This document shows positions 13,825-24,273 of a DNA stretch of 40,598 nucleotides, piece by piece. The stretch comes from Salpingoeca rosetta (Eukaryota > Protista > Choanoflagellata): the NCBI GenBank assembly GCA_033442325.1, contig JAWQFM010000036.1, positions 20,575 to 61,172 of the forward strand, written 5' to 3'. Position 1 is the stretch's first letter; every line of letters starts with the position of its first letter. A program made the translations under genes and the position numbers. The notes beneath the pieces were generated by a model. It saw only the letters and a program-made list of their open reading frames with translations. It was not told the DNA's origin and ran no database searches.

Positions 13825-14587
13825 TCGCCATGTTGTGATGTGTCGTGTCAACTTGTGCACCAGTTGAACGAATGGCTGAATGTCTGTCGGTTCCTCTGTC
13901 GCATTCCTCTTGTTTCCGTTTCTTGCTCTCTTCCCTCTTCTTCTCTTCTCTTCTTCTGTTCTGTTCTTCCCTTCCTTCACTCTCCCTCTCGCCTGCCTGC
14001 TTGCTTGCTTGCTTATGTCACGCCCTTCTTGTGCTTGCCTGTTCTTTTCATTGTATGGCGCTGTGTACGGCTGAACACGTTCTTGGTGTGTTTGGTGGAT
14101 GTGTGCTGCTGCTGCTGCTGTGCGTATTTGATTCTGGCTTGTGACTGGAGGGTGTTGTTTGATGTGCAGAGGGGCTGGCTGTTGTTTGGTTGGCTTGGCT
14201 TCATGTTGCGTTTGGGCACTGTGTGTGTGTGGATGTGTGTTGGGAGCGTTGTTTGTGGGTTGTGTGGCGGACCTGTTCTTTCCTCAGTAAATGGCTCGAT
14301 GACGATGATGAGATCCGTTGACGGTGATGATGGTGGAGCGGCGGTGATGTTTGTGGTGTTGATGTGGCTCCAGACATTGGTGTGTTGTACCGACCAGGCA
14401 AGGCCAAGCCAGGAAGGAGCGGCTGTTGTTCCTTTTGGCGACAAAGCGAGTCGGGTAGTTGTTGCCGGCTGGCTGGAGGCACTTTATCCTGTGTGTTTGT
14501 TGTGTTCCTGTCGACAACGAGGGCTCGAATGAGATTGTTGACGAACATCTTCCACGGAAGCGCTGCTGTGCGGATAACCTCTGTAAG

Positions 14588-14622
14588 GTTTTGCGAATCG
14601 TCCAATGGCTGAGTCGCAAAAC
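14588..14622. promoter_or_regulatory. Inverted repeat enclosing a CCAAT box ~140 bp upstream of the ROCO start codon
   Basis: gttttgcgaatc-gtCCAATggct-gagtcgcaaaac: 12-bp arms with 1 mismatch and an 11-nt spacer containing CCAAT. Function is inferred from position only. Confidence 0.4.
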
Positions 14623-14760
14623 AACAACACACAAACAAAACAAACAAAGAAGAAGGAAAACAAACGAAGCAGCGCGTTAAGTTGTCGTCCTCCATTTTGT
14701 CGTCTTCTTCCAGAGCACGTCACAACAAGCCACAAGGAGAAAAGACGACGCGCTGTCGCC

Positions 14761-17700
14761 ATGTCCGGCGGAGAGAAGAGAGCGAGGGAGGAGGTGGAGG
14801 CGTTGCTGGCGCAGACGAAGCTGACGGATCGAGTGAAGAATAAGATCAGGGCCATCGCCAACAACACGTGTGGGGACAATGTGGGGTGAGTGCAAAAGCA
14901 ACCAAAACGACGTGTTGCAACATGCATGCCTGCATTGGACACAAGGCCACTTCTTGTGGTTGTGCTTGTGCTTATTCTTCCCCCCCCCCTCTCTCTCTCT
15001 GCTTGGCTTGTCCTTGTGTTGCAATGAGCTTGGTGTGGCTTGCTGTTGGGTGTTCACGTGTGCGTGTCCTGTCCCCTCGCACCACCTGGACACATCAACA
15101 GAGAGTGTGTGTGCGTGTGTGTTTGTGGCAGGTTGTGACTGGCACCCTCATGGTTTTGCTCTGTGTATCCTCAGTCTTCTTGCTCATTTCATGACACACA
15201 CCATTTGAAATTACAGCTTGAATAATGATGGCCTCGGCGTCATTGGGGCGCGTGCGGTGGCCAAGGCGCTCAAGGACAACACCTGCCTCAAAACGCTCTT
15301 GTGCGTGGTGATGATGAATCTGCATCGTGTGACATGCATGGTTGATTGGGATGGCGGTGTTGCATGTTGCACCCCTTTCTCCTCCCCTGCTTGCGCATGT
15401 TTGGACGTGTGTTCACCGTCGCTCCCTGCGGTTCTTGTGTGTCTGCACAGCCTGCACAACAATTCCATCGGCGATGAGGGCGCCGTGGCGTTGGCGGAGA
15501 TGCTGAAGCACAACACGGCCCTCGAAGAACTCAAGTGAGTGTGGACACGCACACACACACACACATGTATGCTGCGTCACTGCCGTTGCACCTTATCACG
15601 TGCACATGTGTGGCTGATGGGGTGGGGTTCAACGACTGTGTTGCCACCCACAACAATCATCATCACGCACTCACTCACTCTTCCTCATCCATGTGGCATC
15701 ATCGCCCTTCGTGGCATTATACCATCTGGACAGCCTGCAAAGCAACTCCATCGGCGATGAGGGCGCTGTGGTGTTGGCGGAGATGCTGAAGCACAACACG
15801 GCCCTCGAACAGCTCTTGTGAGTTTGAACACACACGCATGCACGAAGGCACCCGCTTTGAGCATGTGTGCATGTGGTTGTGCACGTCTGCAGCAGGCGCG
15901 CTGGCTGTTTGCCACCCCATGTGCTCGCCGCCCCCATCCCTCCTGCTCACCACCGCGTATGCTGTCACTGACCTCCCACTCCTCACTCCTCTCTCTTGTG
16001 TGTACACAGCCTGATGAGCAACCGCATCGGTCCTGAGGGCGCTGCGGCGTTGGCGGAGATGCTGAAGCACAACACGACCCTCGAAGAACTCTAGTGAGTG
16101 TGCACACGCACACACACACATGTATGCTGCGTCACTGCCGTTGCACCTTATCACGTGCACATGTGCCCATGTGTGGATTGATGACTGTGTTGTCACCCAC
16201 AGCAATCATCATCACGCACGCACTCACTCTTCCTCATCCATGTGGCATCATCCCCCTGTGTGGCATTATACCATCTTGACAGCCTGAGTGAGAACTCCAT
16301 CGGTCCTGAGGGCGCTGTGGCGTTGGTGGAGATGCTGAAGCACAACACGACCCTCACATGGCTCGGGTGAGTGTGTACACGCACACATGCACACATGTAT
16401 GCTGCGTCACTGTCGTTGCACCTTATTACGTGCACATGTGCCCATGTGTGGATTGATGACTGTGTTGCCACCCACATCAATCATCACGCTCTTCCTCACC
16501 CATGTGGCATCATCCCTCTGCCTGGCACCATACCGTCTTGACAGCCTGGAACGCAACCGCGTCGGCGATGAGGGCGCTGTGGCGTTGGCGAAGGTGCTGA
16601 AGCACAACACGACCCTCGAAATACTCATGTGAGTGGAAGCTCCTCTTTGCAATGTGTGTCTTCAGGCGCTTCTTCTGCAGTACACATGTGCAGATCGAGG
16701 CACCGCAAGCCGCCCACGATGTCTGTGCGACATGCTTGTCCAACCAACAAATGCTTCCATCCTTCACCTGTGCCACAAGTGCTGCCACGTCTTGTGCAAT
16801 TTGCATTTTCCCCCTTCTCCCTTTGCTTCCGCCATTGTGACTTCAATGTCGTAGGACCTGATGTGCGAGCGAGTACACGTGCACGTGATCCATCTGCAAC
16901 CCACTTTCATCCATGACCCGTGTTGCTTGCCCACCCGTTCCCCCTGCTCTTCCAACATGCATTTCTTGCCACTTGCAGCTTGGATAACAACTCCATCACC
17001 CCGGTTGGCGGTGCGGCGCTGGGTGCCGCACTGGACGAAAACCGCACGCTGTCTCGGCTTGAGTACGTCAATTGCGTTGCGCCTGCCTCATGAACGCCTG
17101 TGTCCTGTTGTGGATTTGTGTGACCAATCGCCACTCTTTTGAGTGCACGCCACACTGCAGATCGAGGCACCGCAAGCCGCCCACGATGTCTGTGCGACCA
17201 TGCTGTCCAACCAACAAATGCTTCCATCCTTCACCTGTGCCACAAGTGGTGCCACGTCTGTGCAATTTGCATTTTCCCCCTTCTCCCTTTGCTTCCGCCA
17301 TTGTGACTTCAAATGTCGTAGGACCTGATGTGCGAGCGAGTACACGTGCACGTGATCCATCTGCAACCCACTTTCATCCATGACCCGTGTTGCTTGCCCA
17401 CCCGTTCCCCCTGCTCTTCCAACATGCATTTCTTGCCACTTGCAGCTTGGATAACAACTCCATCACCCCGGTTGGCGGTGCGGCGCTGGGTGCCGCACTG
17501 GACGAAAACCGCACGCTGTCTCGGCTTGAGTACGTCAATTGCGTTGCGCCTGCCTCATGAACGCCTGTGTCCTGTTGTGGATTTGTGTGACCAATCGCCA
17601 CTCTTTTGAGTGCACGCCACACTGTGTGTGTTCCTCTCTGCTTGCTTGCATTTCTCCACAACCCTAACCACCAACCCTCCTGACCCACACACCACACTTG

Positions 17701-19123
17701 CTGCTTGTTCCCAACCACACGCTACCACCACATGTCCTCGTTCAGCATCGAGGAGAACTCCACCGCCACCGCCCGCGCCTTTGGTGCCGCGCTGCCCGTC
17801 GACCGAGAACTCAACACAGACTGGTCAGTCAACGCGTGCTTCCACTCTAGTCGTTCGCTCCTTGCCTTCTCTCGACCCTTCTCCTCACACACACACACAC
17901 GCTGCATGATGCTTGCGTTTAATTTTGCGTGAGATCACAGGGGTGATGACCGTGAGGGCAACGCCGCCTTCGATGAAGCACGCAAGGAGAAGAAACGACG
18001 ACACCATGAGCAACTGTTTGCCGCCTGCAGGGATGGCGACGCTCCAGCTGTCACGTCCCTCATCGAACAGGACAATGCAGATGTCAACCAACATAATGAA
18101 CAGGTATGTGCATTGTGTGTGTTGTGCTTGTATGTGACGGCGCTCGCTCATGGTTGCACCGGCCGTGTGTTCGTTTCCAACAGATCCTCACCACACGTGC
18201 CATGCCCCTTGCTTGCCCCACCCAATAACAGGGCGACACGCCGCTGCACGTTGCCTGCAGGCACAACCAGCCCGCCGTCGTGGAGCTACTCCTGAAGAAG
18301 GGCGCAGACACTGCCGTCAAGAACAAGAAGGTGTGCTTCGCGTCGTGTTGCTGTTTCTGAAGACGTGACACAACTGCTTCTTTGCTTTGCGCTGTGCCCC
18401 CCCCCTCTCCCTGCTTCCCTCCTTCCTCAACTCATGCGTTTTACCTTTCCAACACACGCAGGGAGAGACGCCCTATGATGTGGCACAAGCCAGCGGTCAT
18501 ACTGCCATCACCAGCATCCAAGGGCTGAAGTCAGGCGGCAAACCCCAGCAACAACCACAGCAACAACAGCAGCCAAAACAAGAGCCACCTGCGCCCACTC
18601 CTGCCGCCGGACCGAAGCAAGAAGAACAAGCAGCGCAAGACGTGAGTTATCAGAAGAGTGCTTGCCAGCAACGCACAAGCAAATGCATCACGTCACCCAT
18701 ACCATTCCTTCATCACGCTCTCCCTGGTCTCGTATCAAGCATAATCATGATGTCTCACACAACCATCACCACCGCCGCGACCAGCACCACCATCAGCAGC
18801 AGCCCGAACAGGCGCGCAGGGAGCGTCTCCAGCAGCGCATGCGGGAGGTCATAGCACGCTTCAACGCGACCATGGCGGGCAGGGCCAAACTCATCTTCAT
18901 TGGTCAGGGGCGCGCCGGCAAGACTTCCACGTTCCACTCACTCATGGGTCACACCTTCAACAAGCATGAGCACTCCACGCATGGCGCCGCCTCAACCGAC
19001 CTCGCCGTCATTGTCGAATCAATGGACGTTCACGACTGGCAGGTGTGTGAGTGAAGCTGATGCGAGCATGTGATGTGTGCGACGCATGGGTGTGAAGAGA
19101 GGTGGTGGTTGACACGATCATCC

Positions 19124-19159
<36 letters not shown>

Positions 19160-19703
19160 GGAGCTGGATGCGGAGATCTCGGAGCTGATGCGCAGTCTCT
19201 GCGGCACGGCGCTGGCGCAGGAATCTGGCGTGGACTTGCAGATGAAGCAGGCGATGATGAAGGCGAAGGCGAACTTTGAGAGCCGCATCGCCCAACACCA
19301 TCAGCAACAGCGGCAGCAGGAATCTGATAAAACACCGAAAGCAGCGGCTGCCAAGCTGAAGCAAGGACAGTCACAGCAGTCAATGGAGACGCGGTCACGG
19401 CCATCATCCCGCACGTCGCCAGCGACTGTCCCAAAGCCCAGCAAGACGCCTCACATGTGTGCGTCTGCACCCAAGAAGCAGACCACCCTAAACCCTTCCA
19501 GCCAAAGTGATGCTGCTGCGCGTGACAACAGCACCACTGCCACAACCGGCATGTCTGCGGAGGAAATGGAGAAAGCGATCAAAGAGTTCAACGTGGACGC
19601 CGTCATGGGCGAGGGCAAAGCGCGCGTCACGTTCAAGGTGTTTGACCTGGGCGGCCAGTCCACCTTCTACATCTTCCACCCTTTCTTCCTCACCAAGTGA
19701 GCC

Positions 19704-19749
<46 letters not shown>

Positions 19750-22700
19750 GGCCTCCTCACTCACTCACCCCAATATATTCCAACCCCCCCCCCCACCACA
19801 CATACAACCCACACCAGGTACGCGGTGTACCTGCTGGTGTTCTCCATGGAGGACCTGTTGCACGAAGACGAGAGCCATCGGGCAGAGGCGTGGGAATTTA
19901 TGGAGCACTGGCTCTCCTCCCTCCACCTCCACGCCAAGGGCGCACCCGTCCTCATCGTGGGCACCTTCGCTGACAAGATCAACGAGAGGAAGCAGCACGA
20001 GAACATCTCACGCGACATCTACAGCCGCCTGCGCCACAACCCCGCTTTCCCTGGCGTCATCCACAACGACAAGCATGGCCTGTGGTTCTGGCCTGTCGAC
20101 AACACCAAGTCCATCAATGACCCCATCATCCAGGACCTGCGCCAGACCATCTCCTCCACAGCACTGGCGCAGGAGTACGTGAGCCAGGAGGTGGCGGTGC
20201 CGTACCTCCACCTCTACGACAAGCTCAACGCCATCGCCCGCGACGAGCAACGGCCACTGCTCACGTTTGATGAGGTGGTGCAGATTGCGCGCACGTGTGG
20301 GCTGCGCACACGTGAGGAGACGAAGGCCTGCCTCCAATTCCTCCACCTGTACTCGATGGTGCTGTACTACGACCACGTGCCAGGCATGGAGGATTTCGTG
20401 ATCCTGAGCCCGCAGTGGGCGGTGGATACAATGACCCGCGTCATCCGTAACTTTGACCTGCACCACGACGTGCGTGATGGTGCGGCGAGGGCCGTTGGCG
20501 CGCAGCTGTGGGACGACCTCGTTGACCGCGGCATCCTGCACCGCCGTCTACTTGATGTGCTGTGGAGGGACTTGGAAGGTGGCATGGTTGAGCCCTTTCT
20601 CCAACTCATGATGGAGTACGGGTTGTGTATCCAGTACACAGCGCCAATGGTGCTGCTGTCCAGCCACCAACAGCAGCAACACCACCAGTACCTCGTCCCA
20701 GCCATCCTGCCGATGACGCTGGAGGATGAACAGGCGTCCTCGTCGGTCACGCTGAGCACGGCAGCAGCACAGCAGGCCAATCCATACGCTGGATATGAAG
20801 AGAAGACAGCCTACGTCGCCTTCAGCCTGAGAGAGTTCAAGAGGGGTGTAAGCGCCAAGATTGCAGACACGCAGCAAGCCTCTTTCCTGCCAGAGGGCCT
20901 GTTCCCGATGGTTCTGGCACGCGTGATGGCACACATGCAACACGGTGCAACGGAACCGCCCATGTTGAGCCGCACAGACGCCGTGATCTTCATGGATGCT
21001 GCTGAGATCGAGATGCAGCTCGTGCCGGCTGTTGGCGGCATCAAGATCAAGGTCATGACTGCACGTCCTCGCACGCTGCTGCACATGCTGTACGACACCA
21101 TCACAACAGCTGTCACGCAGCGCTACCCCGAGCTCAAGGCCACGTTGCTGCTGCCATTCAGTGACACGAGACTGCTGTTCTTCGAGGACGTGCACACCCA
21201 CCACATGACCCCTTACCCTAAAGGGCTTGAGAGCCTAAGGAGCACGGCAGCAGCACAGCAGCTCAATCCATACGCTGGATATGAAGAGAAGACAGCCTAC
21301 GTCGCCTTCAGCCTGAGAGAGTTCAAGAGGGGTGTAAGCGCCAAGATTGCAGACACGCAGCAAGCCTCTTTCCTACCAGAGGGCCTGTTCCCGATGGTTC
21401 TGGCACGCGTGATGGCACACATGCAACACGGTGCAACGGAACCGCCCATGTTGAGCCGCACAGACGCCGTGATCTTCATGGATGCTGCTGAGATCGAGAT
21501 GCAGCTCGTGCCGGCTGTTGGCGGCATCAAGATCAAGGTCATGACTGCACGTCCTCGCACGCTGCTGCACATGCTGTACGACACCATCACAACAGCTGTC
21601 ACGCAGCGCTACCCCGAGCTCAAGGCCACGTTGCTGCTGCCATTCAGTGACACGAGACTGCTGTTCTTCGAGGACGTGCACACCCACCACATGAACAAGA
21701 AAGCGCTTCGCGTTGGCCGCTCACAGCTGCTGTCACCAGGAGATCTGGTCGCCAAATATGGACCACTCTTGCCAGTTATGGGTCAGCAGGACAAATACGA
21801 TGCCTTCATCAGCTACAGGTGGGAATGTGTGAATGTGTGTGTGTGCATGTGTGTACATTGCGAACTGGGTGTCTTTCCTTCCCTCTCTCTCTCTCTCTCT
21901 TCCTTTCTCATCCCGGCATTCACCACCACGTCACAGGCAACGCGGCAACCGGGGTTTGGTGATGACCCTTCACCCAAGGTTGGAACAGCACGGACTGGTG
22001 ACCTTTGTGGACACCAACAACTTGGAGACAGGCGTCAACTTCAAGCATGCGTGCATGACAGCCCTGCACAACAGTGCTGTCGCCTGCCCCGTCGTCTCTG
22101 TCGGTGCCATCCATCAGATGCGCTCGCTCGGCCACAGTGACACGTGCGATAACGTGCTGTTGGAGTGGATGGCCATGCTGGAGTTGCAGCAGCTTGCTCG
22201 CCAGCACCAGGACCAGATCCGCCTTCGCCGCATCGTCCCGCTCTTCGTTGGCAGTGGCTGGCACGACAGCAACCACCATGTTATGAGCGCGGCGGAAGTG
22301 AGCGAGTACGACTCGTTTGACCGCCTGAAGCGGCTGGCAACGAAGCTGCCGGATGTTGTGAGCAAGAACACGACGTCAGCGCTGGACCAGTACTTTTCAC
22401 AGGTGCTGCGCCTGCCACCCCCACAGCAGCACAAGAGCGTGCGTGAAGTGGTGCTGTCGCTATTTGACGTTGATGCGGTGATTGCGGTGGATGCCGGCGT
22501 GGACCGCACGTCGCAGCTGCGCGAAATTGCAGAAAAGGTGCGCCAGGTTGTCGTCTCTGCCAGGAGCGAGGAGCAAGCAGCTCAGGAGCCAGCAGCTGCA
22601 CGTCGTTCCACGCAGGTATGGTTTTGTGTGTCTGCAGATATGCAAGCGTGCGCTTCTCTCTTCCACTTGGCACGCGTGCTATGTCTCACTCAACCCCTCT

Positions 22701-23018
22701 TTCCCATCTGTCCTGCAGTCATCTTCCTCGGTCTCCACCGCTACCACTCCTGTTACACCACCACCTGCCTCCTCATCGTCCTCCTCATCTTCGCCATTTG
22801 ATCCCGAGTTACTTGAATGGCTCAATCGCCACTCGCTGCTGCCGCACGTCGAGTCCGCCCTGGTTGAGCACGCTATCGACGATCTTCACGTGCTGGTGGC
22901 GCTCGTTCAAATGGGGGAGCTGACCATGCAGATCCTCAAGGCATCTGGTGTGCCAATGGGTGCTGCCTTCAAGCTGATTCGGGAGGCAAAGAAGTGCGAC
23001 GTGGACAGTTCTGTGTAG
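14761..23018 (+). CDS. ROCO-family LRR-ankyrin-Roc GTPase-COR-TIR-SAM protein (~1696 aa, 18 exons)
   Basis: Exons: 14761-14885, 15217-15300, 15451-15534, 15734-15817, 16010-16093, 16283-16366, 16545-16628, 16979-17062, 17446-17529, 17746-17823, 17941-18103, 18232-18330, 18462-18641, ~18785-19042, 19161-19696, 19818-21818, 21937-22615, 22719-23018. All are GT-AG and sum to 5091 nt, open to TAG. Motifs: RNI/NLRC3-type LRRs (LxxNxIGDEGAxALAEMLKHNTxLxxL); ankyrin GDTPLHVAC...LLLKKGAD; Roc G1 GQGRAGKT, G2 STHG, G3 DLGGQ, G4 VGTFAD; COR (LQFLHLYSMVLYY..VILSPQW, YLVPAILP, FLPEGLF); TIR YDAFISYR...TFVD...LETG...DNVLLEW; SAM WLNRHSL...GVPMGAAFKLI. Confidence 0.92.
15217..17529 (+). repeat. Array of eight 84-nt LRR exons (28 aa each, all phase 2), several with homologous introns
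   Basis: Each exon is exactly 84 nt and starts with C after AG. The introns following the exons at 15451, 16010 and 16283 share long near-identical sequence (gtgagtgtg..catgtatgctgcgtcactg.cgttgcacctta..acgtgcacatgtg...catgtggcatcatc...gacag). Confidence 0.92.
16689..17624 (+). repeat. ~467-bp tandem duplication containing an identical LRR exon
   Basis: 16689-17155 is repeated at 17156-17624. Exons 16979-17062 and 17446-17529 are identical, and the few differences lie in the first ~170 bp of the unit. Confidence 0.92.
20754..21694 (+). repeat. In-frame 455-bp tandem duplication within the large COR exon, separated by a 31-nt unique filler
   Basis: 20754-21208 matches 21240-21694 (offset 486 nt = 162 codons) with about 3 substitutions. 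The filler at 21209-21239 is ccccttaccctaaagggcttgagagcctaag. Confidence 0.93.
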
Positions 23019-24196
23019 TGTGACGGGTTATCGGCCCTGTTACCTCCTGTTCTGCGCTGAGTTATTTCTGTTCTCTTCCGTCTTTACCTTGTATGCCTTT
23101 CATCGATTCCATACGCCCGACTGTCGTAGACCACCGCTTGCACCGCTTCTGTCCCCTGTTTCTCCTCCTCTCACTCCTTGCCGACGTGGCGCCAAGGCGT
23201 GCTTCTTGTTGCTCTGCACCTTCCGTGCTTTCGTTGCCCTCCTGTGTCATGTCCCCACTTTTTACTTCACCTTTGTTCCACATACATCCTCCTTCAGTTC
23301 AGAATCCACATACGCATCACCCACCTCACATGGGTTCCCATCCACACCACAGCCTGCTTGTCATCACGTTCCACGTCAACCATCCATTTCACACCACACA
23401 CAAGTATGAACGCGTCAACTGACTTTGATGTGAATGTGTATTGGACATGACACGTCAACAAAGCAAATGAACAACCCTTCCACCTCACACAAATCTTCAT
23501 CTACCGACCCCCTACCCACGCTCATCGACGTCAGGCCACCGCTGATGGTAGGTTGTGGAGTAGCAGTTGAGCAGCACAACGCAGCCAACATCCGACAGCC
23601 CGTGCATATTGTCAAAGGCGTAACTCTGCAGAACCGGTCGCTAAATGCCTTGGAAGCAATCAAATCCAAACATGGCACACTTGTAAAGGTGGCACTTGAA
23701 CACTTCTTTGCAGCCTTTCGATCGACACAACACCACGATCCCACTCCCCCCCCCCCAAGCTCCGAGAAGACCCGAGCCCACAACACCACCAACGACAACA
23801 ACAACAACAACAACAACTTAAACAACAACAACAACGGCGGCTGCAATTCCACACCGCACAGAGGCGACTTCTGGCGTCAGTTGATCGTGGGTGGCATTCA
23901 CATGCAAACGGTGTACTGGTGTCACAAAGAAAGGCAGGCATCAGCACATACATGCAAGCAAGCACCTGCTCTCGGTCACAAGCACATGTGCAGTTCAAGC
24001 AATCACGAACAAGCACGGCTAATCACGTCAAACAGCACAGGCAGCTGCTTGAGATGCTGCTCGAAACAAGGCAAAAGAAGCAACAGCAGCATCAGCATCA
24101 GCGTTCGTTACACGTCACCCAGCAAAAGCAACGGGAATCAAGGCAGGTACATCAGTGGCCCACCACCCAATCAACAAATGCAATCAAAAACTGCAC

Positions 24197-24198
<2 letters not shown>

Positions 24199-24260
<62 letters not shown>

Positions 24261-24273
24261 GTCATCATCATCA
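24199..24273 (-). repeat. (TGA)n trinucleotide microsatellite in frame with, and starting at, the stop codon of the PH-PARP-like gene
   Basis: The plus strand reads (tca)n. On the minus strand this is 25 codons after ...EESAA: 24 TGA and one CGA. Confidence 0.9.

Noticed and set aside
15451-16628. Repeat-spacer-like periodicity resembling a CRISPR array
   Set aside because: The repeats are 84-nt LRR exons bounded by AG/GT, and the spacers are homologous introns. No cas genes are present and the DNA is eukaryotic.
21210-21221. cccttaccctaa as an interstitial telomere
   Set aside because: There is only one perfect CCCTAA unit, too short to call. It is mentioned only as part of the duplication filler.
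19507-22140. 877-aa ORF as a standalone gene
   Set aside because: It is exon 16 of the ROCO gene with read-through into flanking introns and out-of-frame exon sequence.
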